From sequence record ON528721: a DNA stretch of 38,701 nt; one strand, written 5' to 3'. Every line of letters starts with the position of its first letter. Positions within the stretch are counted from its first letter, which is position 1. The DNA is from Shigella phage ESh8. Under the pieces are notes generated by a model. The model saw only the letters and a list, made by a program, of their open reading frames with translations. It was not told where the DNA came from and ran no database searches. Positions 18,541 to 28,149 of the stretch are shown one piece after another. The position numbers and the translations under genes are program-made.

Positions 18541-20655
18541 ATGCTCGTAAGTGACATTGAGGCCAACAACCTCTTAGAGAAAGTCACCAAGTTTCACTGT
18601 GGCGTTATCTATGACTACCGGGATGGTGAGTATCATAGCTATCGTCCGGGCGACTTCGGGGCGTATCTGGATGCGCTGGAAGCCGAGGTGAAGCGAGGTG
18701 GGCTTATTGTTTTCCATAACGGTCACAAGTATGACGTTCCGGCTTTAGAGAAACTCGCAAAGCTGCAACTCAATCGTGACTTCAAGTTACCCCGTGAGAA
18801 TTGTATTGACACATTGGTACTCTCGCGTTTACTTCATGCGAACCTTAAAGACACAGACATGGGGCTTCTTCGTTCCGGGAAACTACCCGGTCGTCGCTTC
18901 GGGTCTCACGCTCTTGAGGCATGGGGTTATCGCTTGGGCGAGATGAAAGGTGAATACAAGGACGACTTCAAGGCTATGCTGGAAGAGCAGGGAGAAGAGT
19001 ATGTTGATGGTGCTGAGTGGGTTTCGTTCAACGAGCCGATGATGGCGTATAACGTTCAAGACGTTGTGGTCACTGTCAAGCTCTTAGAGAAATTCCTTAC
19101 AGACATCCACTACTTCCCTGCGGGTATGGACTTCACGAAGTACGATGCGGATTTATTCTGGCGTGAAGCTGGCGAATCTGTGGATATTGAACATCGTGCA
19201 GCGTGGCTTTTAGCGAAGCAGGAGCGTAACGGCTTCCCGTTCAACACCAAGGCAATTGAGGAACTTTATGTAGAACTGGCAGCGAAACGCGCTGAACTTC
19301 TGCGAAAGTTAACCGAAACGTTTGGCTCGTGGTATCAACCGAAAGGTGGTAAGGAACTCTTCAAGCACCCACGGACAGGCAAGCCGCTGCCGAGTTATCC
19401 TCGCGTGGTCTATCCGAAACAGGGTGGCGTGTACAAGAAGCCTCGTAATAAGGCACAGCGCGAAGGTCTTGAACCTTGCGACTTGGACACGAGGGACTAC
19501 ATGGAGGGTGCTCCGTATACTCCGGTAGAGTTCGTTACGTTCAAGCCAAGTAGCCGTGACCATATTCAGAAGAAACTACAGGAGGCCGGATGGGTTCCTG
19601 AGAAGTTCACCGAGAAGGGTGCGCCTGTGGTGGACGATGAGGTCTTGGAGCATGTACGAGTGGATGACCCTGAGAAGCAGGCGTGCATTGACTTGATTAA
19701 AGAGTACCTGATGATACAGAAGCGTATCGGTCAGGCGGCAGAAGGCGACAAAGCGTGGTTACGTTATGTTCAAGATGACGGTAAGATTCATGGAGCCGTT
19801 AACCCTAACGGTGCAGTTACTGGTCGTGCTACTCATAGTTTCCCAAACCTTGCACAAGTACCCGGAGTTCGTTCTCCTTACGGGGAGCAGTGTCGTAGCG
19901 CTTTTGGTGCTGAACATCATTTGGACGGGATTACTGGCAAGCCGTGGGTGCAAGCGGGGATAGACGCCAGTGGCTTAGAGTTGCGCTGTCTGGCACACTT
20001 CATGGCTCGCTTCGACAACGGAGAGTATGCGAATGAGATTCTCAACGGTGACATTCACACCAAGAACAAGAACGCTGCGGAACTCCCAACGCGAGACAAC
20101 GCCAAGACCTTCATTTACGGGTTCCTTTACGGAGCCGGAGATGAGAAGATTGGTCAGATTGTTGGGGCCGGGAAGGAGCGCGGGAAGGAACTCAAGAAGA
20201 AATTCTTAGAGAACACCCCGGCGATTGCAGCGCTACGAGAAGCTATCCAACAGTCTCTCGTTAAGTCTTCCGCTTGGATTGGCGGTGAGCAGAAAGTCCA
20301 GTGGAAACGCCGTTGGATTAAGGGTCTGGATGGTCGCAAGGTTCACGTCAGGTCTCCACACGCAGCGCTCAACACATTGTTGCAGTCTGCTGGTGCTCTG
20401 ATTTGTAAGCTGTGGATTATCAAGACCGAAGAGATGCTCATTGAGAAAGGCTTGAAGCACGGCTGGGATGGTGACTTTGCGTACATGGCTTGGGTACATG
20501 ATGAAATTCAGGTAGCTTGCCGCACAGAGCACATCGCTCAGATTGTTATTGACACCGCGCAGGAGGCTATGCGTTGGGTCGGAGAGCATTGGGCTTTCCG
20601 TTGTCGTTTAGATACCGAGGGTAAGATGGGGCCGAATTGGGCTGTCTGCCACTAA
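18541..20655 (+). CDS. 5: DNA polymerase gp5 (family A, with 3'-5' exonuclease), 704 aa
   Basis: 704 aa as T7 DNAP; near-identical blocks to remembered T7 gp5; C-terminus MGPNWAVCH. Confidence 0.98.
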   Translation: MLVSDIEANNLLEKVTKFHCGVIYDYRDGEYHSYRPGDFGAYLDALEAEVKRGGLIVFHNGHKYDVPALEKLAKLQLNRDFKLPRENCIDTLVLSRLLHANLKDTDMGLLRSGKLPGRRFGSHALEAWGYRLGEMKGEYKDDFKAMLEEQGEEYVDGAEWVSFNEPMMAYNVQDVVVTVKLLEKFLTDIHYFPAGMDFTKYDADLFWREAGESVDIEHRAAWLLAKQERNGFPFNTKAIEELYVELAAKRAELLRKLTETFGSWYQPKGGKELFKHPRTGKPLPSYPRVVYPKQGGVYKKPRNKAQREGLEPCDLDTRDYMEGAPYTPVEFVTFKPSSRDHIQKKLQEAGWVPEKFTEKGAPVVDDEVLEHVRVDDPEKQACIDLIKEYLMIQKRIGQAAEGDKAWLRYVQDDGKIHGAVNPNGAVTGRATHSFPNLAQVPGVRSPYGEQCRSAFGAEHHLDGITGKPWVQAGIDASGLELRCLAHFMARFDNGEYANEILNGDIHTKNKNAAELPTRDNAKTFIYGFLYGAGDEKIGQIVGAGKERGKELKKKFLENTPAIAALREAIQQSLVKSSAWIGGEQKVQWKRRWIKGLDGRKVHVRSPHAALNTLLQSAGALICKLWIIKTEEMLIEKGLKHGWDGDFAYMAWVHDEIQVACRTEHIAQIVIDTAQEAMRWVGEHWAFRCRLDTEGKMGPNWAVCH

Positions 20656-20674
20656 TTCTATAGGAGAAATTATT

Positions 20675-20974
20675 ATGGCTATGACCAAGAAATTTAAAGT
20701 GTCATTCGACGTTACCGCTAAGATGGCATCTGACGTTCAGGAAATCTTGGAGAAAGACATTCTGCACCTGTGTAAGCAGGTTGGCTCAGGCGCTATTGTC
20801 CCCACTGGTAAACAGAAAGAGATGATTGTCCAGTTCCTGACGTATGGCATGGAGGGGCTGATGGCCTTCCTTGTGCGAACGTCTTTCCGTGAGGCCATCA
20901 AAGATATGCACGAAGAGTATGCCGATAAGGACAGCTTCAAGCTGTCTCCCGCTACTGTACGGGAGGTGTTCTAA
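20675..20974 (+). CDS. 5.5: gp5.5 (H-NS-binding protein in T7), 99 aa
   Basis: MAMTKKFKVSFDVTAKM... nearly identical to T7 gp5.5. Confidence 0.9.
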   Translation: MAMTKKFKVSFDVTAKMASDVQEILEKDILHLCKQVGSGAIVPTGKQKEMIVQFLTYGMEGLMAFLVRTSFREAIKDMHEEYADKDSFKLSPATVREVF

Positions 20975-21183
20975 TGAGTGAATACCTGAAAGTGCTGGCA
21001 GCTATCAAAGGTTGCCCTAAGTCCTTTCAGTCGAACTATGTGCGAAACAATGCGGCTCTCGTGGCTGAGGCCGCTTCTCGTGGACACATTAGCTGTTTGA
21101 CTGTGGGCGGTCGTAATGGTGGAGCATGGGAGGTCACAGCCTCTGGTGTGCGCTTCCTGAAACGAATGGGAGGTTGCGTATGA
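20974..21183 (+). CDS. 5.7: gp5.7-like protein, 69 aa
   Basis: 69 aa as T7 gp5.7; ATGA overlap with 5.5 stop. Confidence 0.8.
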   Translation: MSEYLKVLAAIKGCPKSFQSNYVRNNAALVAEAASRGHISCLTVGGRNGGAWEVTASGVRFLKRMGGCV

Positions 21184-21362
21184 TTATGCCTAAGAGTGAC
21201 ACCGTAACGATGACCCGTGATGCGTGGAACGATGTTAGCGCGTACATTGATAAGCTGGAGAAAGACCTAGAGTTCCTGAATGCGCTTAAGGCGTGTGGTG
21301 TGGATAATTGGGACGGATACTCTGATGCAGTCGAAATGGTTTACGGGGAGGATGACGAATGA
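21180..21362 (+). CDS. 5.9: gp5.9-like acidic protein (RecBCD inhibitor in T7), 60 aa
   Basis: RBS GGGAGG; acidic, ends ...GEDDE; position before exonuclease gene. Confidence 0.7.
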   Translation: MIMPKSDTVTMTRDAWNDVSAYIDKLEKDLEFLNALKACGVDNWDGYSDAVEMVYGEDDE

Positions 21363-22270
21363 GCCTAATCACATTGAAAGACTTCGCGGAGATGCGTGAA
21401 GGTAAGCCTATGGAGAAGGGAGTGCTGGTCATGGATGGTGACTGGTTGGTATATCAGTCAATGGCTGCTGCCGAAGTTGAGACGGATTGGGGAGACGACA
21501 TTTGGACTCTTGAGTGTGACCACGCTAAGGCACGGAGCATTCTCGATTCTGCAATCGAATCGTACCGAACCCGTAAGAAGGCTTGGAGTGACGCTATGGT
21601 TGTTCTGGCGTATACCGACGATGTGAACTGGCGTAAGGTATTGGTTGATGAGACCTATAAGGAGAACCGTAAGGCGACCCGTAAACCTGTGGGCTACCGT
21701 GACTTCTTAGCGAAGCTGTGGGAGCGCGATGAGTTCATTCACATCAAAGAGGACATGCTGGAGGGTGATGACGTTATGGGAATCATTGGGTCTGGTCACG
21801 AGGTCTTCGGCTTCAAGAAGGCTGTGTTGGTCTCCTGTGACAAGGACTTCAAGACTATCCCGGACGTTGACTTCCTGTGGTGTACCACTGGCAACATCTT
21901 GACGCAGACCAAAGAGACCGCTGATTGGTGGCATCTCTTCCAGACCATCAAGGGTGATATGACTGATGGCTACTCCGGGATTCCCGGCTGGGGCGATACA
22001 GCAGAAGGTTTCCTGAATGACCCGTTCATTGTGGAGCCTGTAGAGTCCGTGTTGAAGTCTGGTAAGAACAAGGGGCAGACAGTAACCAAGTGGGTGAAGC
22101 GTGCTCCTGATGCGACTGAGACGCTGTGGGACTGCATTAAATCCATTGGTGCCAAAGCTGGGATGACCGAGCAGGAAATCATCAAGCAAGGCCAGATGGC
22201 TCGCATTCTTCGCTTCGAGGAATACAATTACATTGACAAGGAGATTTACTTATGGACGCCGCAAAGCTGA
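21359..22270 (+). CDS. 6: 5'-3' exonuclease gp6, 303 aa
   Basis: [11 protein letters not shown]..., ...[24 protein letters not shown]...[27 protein letters not shown] match T7 gp6. Confidence 0.95.
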   Translation: MSLITLKDFAEMREGKPMEKGVLVMDGDWLVYQSMAAAEVETDWGDDIWTLECDHAKARSILDSAIESYRTRKKAWSDAMVVLAYTDDVNWRKVLVDETYKENRKATRKPVGYRDFLAKLWERDEFIHIKEDMLEGDDVMGIIGSGHEVFGFKKAVLVSCDKDFKTIPDVDFLWCTTGNILTQTKETADWWHLFQTIKGDMTDGYSGIPGWGDTAEGFLNDPFIVEPVESVLKSGKNKGQTVTKWVKRAPDATETLWDCIKSIGAKAGMTEQEIIKQGQMARILRFEEYNYIDKEIYLWTPQS

Positions 22271-22365
22271 TTACCATCGCTGTGCTGGTAGGTATGCTGG
22301 CGCGAGGTCTCTGGATGTTCGCTCTCATAGTCCGAGATGTGAAGCGAGACTCCGAGATTAAGTGA
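22252..22365 (+). CDS. 6.3: gp6.3-like small membrane peptide, 37 aa
   Basis: 37 aa as T7 gp6.3; hydrophobic; not in ORF track (under 60 aa). Confidence 0.6.
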   Translation: MDAAKLITIAVLVGMLARGLWMFALIVRDVKRDSEIK

Positions 22366-22425
22366 TAAACTCAAGGCTCTCTGTATTAACCCTCACTAAA
22401 GGGAAGAGGGAGCCTTTATGATTAT
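22366..22425 (+). promoter_or_regulatory. RNase III-type hairpin (R6.5-like) with a phage promoter (22384..22406, TATTAACCCTCACTAAAGGGAAG) in its loop
   Basis: ACTCAAGGCTCTCT...promoter...AGGGAGCCTTTATGATT; flanks pair CTCTC/AGGGAG. Confidence 0.75.
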
Positions 22426-22457
22426 TACTTTAAGACTTAACCTTAAGAGGTGAAATT

Positions 22458-22703
22458 ATGTTACAACCAATTAATCATGTTTTAACTCATCCAGATGATA
22501 TTCCTAGTATGCCTCGTGCAGCTAAAGAGTATCTACAGGTGCGCTTCAATCAGGCCTATGTGATGGAGTCCGGGGAGTACCGTGCGCTCCGCGCTGCGGG
22601 TTACTCTGAGTCTTTCATTGCTGGTGTGATGCATGGTCTGTACCTTGCCTCTCGAACACTTGATGAGATTGAGGTGCGTAAAGAGCAACTGAGACAGGAG
22701 TAA
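22458..22703 (+). CDS. 6.5: gp6.5-like hypothetical protein, 81 aa
   Basis: Position and size as T7 gp6.5. Confidence 0.75.
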   Translation: MLQPINHVLTHPDDIPSMPRAAKEYLQVRFNQAYVMESGEYRALRAAGYSESFIAGVMHGLYLASRTLDEIEVRKEQLRQE

Positions 22704-22707
22704 TTAT

Positions 22708-22959
22708 ATGTGCTGGAAACCGAAGGTGAAAGTCCCTAAGATGGACACTAACCAGATTCGCGCTGCCGAACCAGCACCTTTGACTGAGCCACCGAAATCT
22801 GTGGTATGGGGAGGCGATGACGATGAGGACACCAGCGTGTCTTCCTCTGAGGTGCCAACCTCACCGAGCAGCGGTAAGAGCAGTCTCAAGGTAAAGCTGG
22901 ATGACAGCGCAGCCAAGAACAAGAGTAAATCCTCCATTCGCTCCAAGGCGTTTGGGTAA
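22708..22959 (+). CDS. 6.7: gp6.7-like virion protein, 83 aa
   Basis: Position and size as T7 gp6.7; Ser/acidic-rich. Confidence 0.75.
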   Translation: MCWKPKVKVPKMDTNQIRAAEPAPLTEPPKSVVWGGDDDEDTSVSSSEVPTSPSSGKSSLKVKLDDSAAKNKSKSSIRSKAFG

Positions 22960-22986
22960 CTGAGTCATAGCATAGGGAGAAACATC

Positions 22987-23307
22987 ATGGGATTCTTCAA
23001 GAAAATCAAGAAGGCTGTTAAGAAAGTTGTGAAGGAAGTTAGCAGACCAGTCGAGAAGGCAGGTAAGGAAGTTGGTAAGGTTGTTGGAGGCGCGCTGGGT
23101 GCAGGTAAGCAGGAGATTATCCAACAAGAGGCTCCAGCACCAGTAGTAGCTGCACCGCCACCAGCACAGATTGTAGACGTACCTGAACAGGATAAGGCTG
23201 AGGGCGAGGATGAGGCGCAAACCGAGAGCGCACGTAAGAAGGCACGCGCTGGCGGTAAGAAAGCACTTAGCGTAGCTCGCAGTTCCGGCGGTGGAATCAA
23301 TATCTGA
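22987..23307 (+). CDS. 7.3: gp7.3-like tail/host-range protein, 106 aa
   Basis: Lys/Ala-rich with Pro/Ala stretch; position before portal gene. Confidence 0.75.
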   Translation: MGFFKKIKKAVKKVVKEVSRPVEKAGKEVGKVVGGALGAGKQEIIQQEAPAPVVAAPPPAQIVDVPEQDKAEGEDEAQTESARKKARAGGKKALSVARSSGGGINI

Positions 23308-23317
23308 GGAGGACTGA

Positions 23318-24925
23318 ATGGCTGATTCAAAACGTACAGGATTGGGCGAAGACGGTGCTAAAGCTACCTATGACCGCCTGACGAACGACCGTAGAGCCTA
23401 TGAGACTCGTGCGGAAAACTGTGCGCAATACACCATTCCGTCCTTGTTCCCGAAGGAGTCCGATAACGAATCTACCGACTACACGACTCCGTGGCAGGCT
23501 GTAGGTGCGCGGGGTCTTAACAATCTGGCCTCTAAGTTAATGCTTGCGTTATTCCCGATGCAGTCGTGGATGAAGCTGACCATTAGCGAATATGAGGCGA
23601 AGCAGCTTGTTGGAGACCCTGATGGACTCGCTAAGGTGGACGAAGGTCTGTCTATGGTTGAGCGTATTATCATGAATTATATCGAATCCAACAGCTACCG
23701 TGTGACGCTCTTTGAGTGCCTCAAGCAGTTGATCGTGGCAGGTAATGCACTGCTTTACTTACCGGAACCCGAAGGTAGCTACAATCCGATGAAGCTGTAC
23801 CGATTGTCTTCTTATGTTGTCCAAAGAGACGCATACGGCAATGTGTTACAGATTGTCACTCGTGACCAGATAGCCTTTGGTGCTCTCCCGGAAGACGTTC
23901 GGTCTGCGGTAGAGAAAGCTGGTGGTGAGAAGAAGATGGACGAAATGGTCGATGTGTACACCCATGTGTATCTCGATGAAGAGTCCGGCGATTACCTCAA
24001 GTACGAGGAAGTAGAGGACGTTGAGATTGATGGCTCCGATGCCACCTATCCGACTGACGCTATGCCCTACATTCCGGTTCGCATGGTTCGCATTGATGGC
24101 GAGTCTTACGGTCGCTCCTACTGTGAAGAATACTTAGGTGACTTAAGGTCTCTTGAGAATCTCCAAGAGGCTATCGTTAAGATGAGCATGATTAGTGCGA
24201 AGGTCATCGGTCTGGTGAACCCGGCTGGAATCACGCAGCCACGTAGATTAACCAAAGCTCAGACTGGTGACTTCGTTCCCGGTCGTCGAGAAGACATTGA
24301 CTTCCTGCAACTGGAGAAGCAAGCTGACTTTACCGTAGCGAAAGCTGTGAGTGACCAGATAGAAGCACGCTTATCGTATGCCTTTATGTTGAACTCTGCG
24401 GTGCAACGAACAGGTGAACGTGTGACCGCCGAAGAGATTCGATACGTTGCGTCAGAACTGGAAGATACGCTTGGTGGTGTCTATTCGATTCTGTCTCAAG
24501 AACTGCAATTGCCTCTGGTTCGTGTGCTCTTGAAGCAACTCCAAGCAACCTCGCAGATTCCTGAGCTACCGAAAGAAGCCGTTGAGCCGACTATCAGCAC
24601 AGGTCTGGAAGCAATCGGGCGTGGTCAAGACCTCGATAAGCTGGAGCGCTGTATCTCCGCTTGGGCTGCTCTGGCTCCTATGCAGGGAGACCCGGACATT
24701 AACCTTGCTGTCATTAAGCTGCGCATTGCTAACGCCATTGGTATTGATACTTCTGGTATCCTACTGACGGACGAGCAGAAGCAAGCACTGATGATGCAGG
24801 ATGCGGCCCAAACAGGTATCGAGAACGCTGCCGCCACTGGTGGGGCTGGTGTGGGTGCTCTAGCGACCTCAAGTCCAGAAGCTATGCAGGGTGCAGCAGC
24901 ACAGGCTGGCCTAGACGCCACCTAA
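23318..24925 (+). CDS. 8: Portal (head-tail connector) protein gp8, 535 aa
   Basis: 535 aa (T7 gp8 536 aa); position; strong RBS GAGGAGG. Confidence 0.95.
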   Translation: MADSKRTGLGEDGAKATYDRLTNDRRAYETRAENCAQYTIPSLFPKESDNESTDYTTPWQAVGARGLNNLASKLMLALFPMQSWMKLTISEYEAKQLVGDPDGLAKVDEGLSMVERIIMNYIESNSYRVTLFECLKQLIVAGNALLYLPEPEGSYNPMKLYRLSSYVVQRDAYGNVLQIVTRDQIAFGALPEDVRSAVEKAGGEKKMDEMVDVYTHVYLDEESGDYLKYEEVEDVEIDGSDATYPTDAMPYIPVRMVRIDGESYGRSYCEEYLGDLRSLENLQEAIVKMSMISAKVIGLVNPAGITQPRRLTKAQTGDFVPGRREDIDFLQLEKQADFTVAKAVSDQIEARLSYAFMLNSAVQRTGERVTAEEIRYVASELEDTLGGVYSILSQELQLPLVRVLLKQLQATSQIPELPKEAVEPTISTGLEAIGRGQDLDKLERCISAWAALAPMQGDPDINLAVIKLRIANAIGIDTSGILLTDEQKQALMMQDAAQTGIENAAATGGAGVGALATSSPEAMQGAAAQAGLDAT

Positions 24926-24945
24926 TAACCCTCACTAAAGGGAGA
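24923..24945 (+). promoter_or_regulatory. T3-type phage RNAP promoter, TAATAACCCTCACTAAAGGGAGA
   Basis: Consensus; overlaps portal stop codon. Confidence 0.9.
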
Positions 24946-25026
24946 CCTCATCTTTGAAATGAGCGATGACTAAAGGTTGGAGTCCTTTGGTTTCCCTTTA
25001 TCTTTAACAACTTAGGAGATTTAACA

Positions 25027-25959
25027 ATGGCTGAATCTAATGCAGACGTTTATGCGTCCTTCGGTGTGAACAACGCGGTAATGACCGGAAGCACACCTAC
25101 TGAACACGAACAAAATATGCTGAGTCTCGATGTTGCTGCCCGTGATGGCGATGATGCAATCGTGCTTAGCGAGGAACCGAGTTCTCATGACGATGACCCT
25201 TATGCGGCTGGTGAAGACCCATTCGCTGACGGTGAGGACGATGAGGGCCGCATTCAGGTTCGTATCAGTGAAGATGGTAACGAAGCCGAGTTCGACACTG
25301 GTAGCGATAACGCTGAGGTTGAGACAGAAGGTGAGGCCGCTGAGTTTGAGCCGCTGGGTGACACTCCAGAAGAACTGAGCCAAGTGACTGAACAATTAGG
25401 ACAGCACGAAGAAGGCTTTCAGGCGATGGTCGAGCAGGCCGTTGAGCGTGGACTGAGCGCAGAGTCGGTGACTCGCATCTACGAAGAGTACGAAGCCGAT
25501 GGCATCTCTGAGAAATCCTATGCGGAACTCGAAGCTGCTGGATATAGCCGTGCCTTTGTGGACTCCTACATCTCCGGTCAGGAAGCCCTTGTAGACCAGT
25601 ACGTCAATCAGGTAGTTGCCTTTGCTGGTGGTAAGGAACGCTTTAGCGCAATCCATACGCACCTTGAAGCAACCAACCCGGCTGCGGCTGAGTCCCTTGA
25701 GACTGCCATGATGAACCGAGACTTGGCGACTGTCAAAGCAATTATCAATCTGGCTGGTGAGAGTTACACGAAGAAATTCGGTAAGCCCGCCAACCGTAGT
25801 GTTACCAAGCGTGCTACTCCGGTTAAACCTGTAGCTCGCCAGAAAGAGGGCTTTACGAATCAGGCTGAGATGATTAAAGCTATGAGTGACCCGCGTTACC
25901 GTAGCGATGCTGCCTACCGTCAAATGGTAGAACAGAAGGTTATCGACTCCAGTTTCTAA
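25027..25959 (+). CDS. 9: Capsid assembly (scaffolding) protein gp9, 310 aa
   Basis: Very acidic, 310 aa (T7 gp9 307 aa); position before major capsid gene. Confidence 0.9.
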   Translation: MAESNADVYASFGVNNAVMTGSTPTEHEQNMLSLDVAARDGDDAIVLSEEPSSHDDDPYAAGEDPFADGEDDEGRIQVRISEDGNEAEFDTGSDNAEVETEGEAAEFEPLGDTPEELSQVTEQLGQHEEGFQAMVEQAVERGLSAESVTRIYEEYEADGISEKSYAELEAAGYSRAFVDSYISGQEALVDQYVNQVVAFAGGKERFSAIHTHLEATNPAAAESLETAMMNRDLATVKAIINLAGESYTKKFGKPANRSVTKRATPVKPVARQKEGFTNQAEMIKAMSDPRYRSDAAYRQMVEQKVIDSSF

Positions 25960-25980
25960 TTAACCCTCACTAAAGGGAGA
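25958..25980 (+). promoter_or_regulatory. T3-type phage RNAP promoter (phi10), AATTAACCCTCACTAAAGGGAGA
   Basis: Perfect consensus; followed by long leader with TAAGGAGAT RBS for capsid gene. Confidence 0.95.
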
Positions 25981-26115
25981 GACCATAGATGCCTACAATG
26001 GTTGAATCACCTGAGCACAGAACTTTGTGGTCGCTCCCGTAGGTGAAACATTGAGAACCAACTCGATTCAAGTAGTAACCAAACTTTTCTTTAAATTAAC
26101 ATAAGGAGATTCAAC

Positions 26116-27159
26116 ATGGCTAACATTCAAGGCGGACAGCAAATTGGTACTAATCAGGGTAAGGGTCAGTCCGCAGCGGACAAATTGGCGCTGTTCCTGA
26201 AAGTGTTCGGCGGTGAAGTCCTGACTGCTTTCGCTCGCACCTCCGTGACCATGCCTCGTCACATGCTGCGCTCTATTGCTTCCGGTAAGTCCGCACAGTT
26301 CCCTGTGATTGGTCGCACCAAAGCCGCTTACCTGAAACCGGGTGAGAACCTCGATGACAAACGTAAGGATATCAAACACACCGAGAAGGTAATCCACATT
26401 GATGGCCTGCTGACTGCGGACGTTCTGATTTACGACATTGAGGACGCAATGAACCACTACGACGTTCGCGCTGAGTACACCGCTCAGTTGGGTGAATCTC
26501 TGGCGATGGCGGCTGACGGTGCTGTACTGGCTGAACTGGCTGGTCTGGTTAACCTGCCGGACGCATCCAATGAGAACATCGAGGGTCTCGGTAAGCCTAC
26601 CGTACTGACTCTGGTTAAGCCTACCACTGGCGACCTGACTGACCCGGTTGAGCTGGGTAAATCGATTATCGCTCAGTTGACTATCGCTCGTGCGTCTCTG
26701 ACCAAGAACTACGTTCCGGCTGCTGACCGTACCTTCTACACCACTCCTGATAACTACTCTGCGATTCTGGCCGCTCTGATGCCGAACGCTGCAAACTATC
26801 AGGCACTGATTGACCCTGAGCGTGGTACTATCCGTAACGTGATGGGCTTCGAAGTGGTTGAGGTTCCGCACCTGACCGCTGGTGGCGCTGGTGATACCCG
26901 TGAGGATTCCCCGGCTGACCAGAAGCACGCTTTCCCGGCGACTTCCAGCACTACCGTTAAGGTTGCTCTGGATAACGTTGTGGGCCTGTTCCAGCACCGC
27001 TCTGCGGTTGGTACGGTCAAGCTGAAAGACTTGGCTCTGGAGCGCGCTCGTCGTGCGAACTATCAGGCTGACCAGATTATCGCTAAGTACGCGATGGGCC
27101 ACGGCGGTCTGCGTCCAGAAGCTGCTGGCGCTATCGTGCTCCCAAAGGTGTCGGAGTAA
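26116..27159 (+). CDS. 10A: Major capsid protein 10A, 347 aa
   Basis: MANIQGGQQIGTNQGKG... and ...IAKYAMGHGGLRPEAAGA match T7 10A throughout. Confidence 0.98.
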   Translation: MANIQGGQQIGTNQGKGQSAADKLALFLKVFGGEVLTAFARTSVTMPRHMLRSIASGKSAQFPVIGRTKAAYLKPGENLDDKRKDIKHTEKVIHIDGLLTADVLIYDIEDAMNHYDVRAEYTAQLGESLAMAADGAVLAELAGLVNLPDASNENIEGLGKPTVLTLVKPTTGDLTDPVELGKSIIAQLTIARASLTKNYVPAADRTFYTTPDNYSAILAALMPNAANYQALIDPERGTIRNVMGFEVVEVPHLTAGGAGDTREDSPADQKHAFPATSSTTVKVALDNVVGLFQHRSAVGTVKLKDLALERARRANYQADQIIAKYAMGHGGLRPEAAGAIVLPKVSE

Positions 27160-27431
27160 TTCCCGACCCCACTGGAGTTACTCTTAGTCAGAAGACTATG
27201 AGCTTAGTCGTTGGGGCTTCTAAAGCCCTGACTGCTACGGTAACTCCGGCTGATGCAGTACAGACAGTGACCTTTACGTCTTCCGATGCGAAGATTGCTA
27301 CGGTCGATGCCTCTGGTACTGTAACTGCTGTGGGCGCTGGCTCCGCTGACATCACTGCTACTACTGTGAATGGCCTGACGGCTGTCTGCAAGGTCACTGT
27401 GAAAGCAGTAGAGCCTCCCGTAGAAGGCTAA
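27147..27431 (+). CDS. 10B: Minor capsid protein 10B C-terminal extension, reached by -1 ribosomal frameshift at slippery heptamer C_CCA_AAG (27141..27147); 94 aa extension with Ig-like (Big_2-like) domain
   Basis: X_XXY_YYZ slippery site in 10A frame 4 codons before 10A stop; -1 frame open to 27431; extension has TATVTPADA...VTFTSSDAKIATVDASGTVTAVGAGSADITATTVNGLTAVCKVTV pattern. Confidence 0.75.
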   Translation, partial: GVGVIPDPTGVTLSQKTMSLVVGASKALTATVTPADAVQTVTFTSSDAKIATVDASGTVTAVGAGSADITATTVNGLTAVCKVTVKAVEPPVEG

Positions 27432-27470
27432 GGTCTTTACCGGGGATTTACTTTCCTTCATTACTTTATG

Positions 27471-27512
27471 AACCCCTTGGGTGCCCTCTGAGGGTATCTG
27501 AGGGGTTTTTTG
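27471..27512 (+). terminator. Late terminator (Tphi-like) hairpin plus U-tract
   Basis: AACCCCTTGGGTGCCCTCTGAGGGTATCTGAGGGGTTTTTTG, very similar to T7 Tphi. Confidence 0.85.
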
Positions 27513-27513
27513 C

Positions 27514-27536
27514 TTTAAACCCTCACTAACAGGAGG
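27514..27536 (+). promoter_or_regulatory. Phage RNAP promoter directly after terminator, TTTAAACCCTCACTAACAGGAGG
   Basis: Core CCCTCACTAACAGGAG; its downstream AGGAGG doubles as RBS for gene 11. Confidence 0.7.
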
Positions 27537-27543
27537 TAACACC

Positions 27544-28134
27544 ATGCGCTCTTATGAGATGAACATTGAGACCGCAGAAGAGCTATCAGCCGTCAACGAC
27601 ATTCTGGCTTCCATCGGTGAGCCACCAGTATCAACCCTTGAGGGTGATGCGAATGCTGACGTTGCGAATGCTCGACGTGTACTCAATAAGATTAACCGAC
27701 AGATTCAATCACGAGGATGGACATTCAATATTGAGGAAGGTGTGACCCTTCTACCGGATGCGTTCTCTGGTATGATTCCATTTAGCTCTGACTACCTGTC
27801 CGTAATGGCAACCAGCGGTCAGACCCAATATGTCAACCGTGGTGGCTATCTCTATGACCGCTCTGCGAAGACCGACAGATTCCCTTCTGGTGTTCAGGTC
27901 AACCTGATTCGTCTGAGAGAGTTCGATGAGATGCCTGAGTGCTTCCGTAACTACATCGTCACCAAGGCTTCACGCCAGTTCAACAACCGATTCTTCGGTG
28001 CGCCGGAGGTAGACGGAGTGTTGCAGGAAGAAGAGCAGGAAGCGTGGCGTGCGTGCTTCGAGTACGAACTAGACTACGGCAACTACAACATGCTGGACGG
28101 TGACGCATTCACCTCTGGTCTACTTAACCGCTAA
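27544..28134 (+). CDS. 11: Tail tubular protein A gp11, 196 aa
   Basis: 196 aa, same as T7 gp11; position. Confidence 0.95.
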   Translation: MRSYEMNIETAEELSAVNDILASIGEPPVSTLEGDANADVANARRVLNKINRQIQSRGWTFNIEEGVTLLPDAFSGMIPFSSDYLSVMATSGQTQYVNRGGYLYDRSAKTDRFPSGVQVNLIRLREFDEMPECFRNYIVTKASRQFNNRFFGAPEVDGVLQEEEQEAWRACFEYELDYGNYNMLDGDAFTSGLLNR

Positions 28135-28149
28135 TCATAAGGAGGCTCT

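Noticed and set aside
25396-25923. 175-aa minus-strand ORF antisense to scaffolding gene 9
   Set aside because: Same reasoning: antisense to a conserved gene, no translation signals.
26068-27102. 344-aa ORF on the minus strand, antisense to the major capsid gene
   Set aside because: Fully overlaps the highly conserved 10A gene, has no RBS and no recognisable protein features; long antisense ORFs are common in genes with strong codon bias. All confirmed genes are on the + strand.
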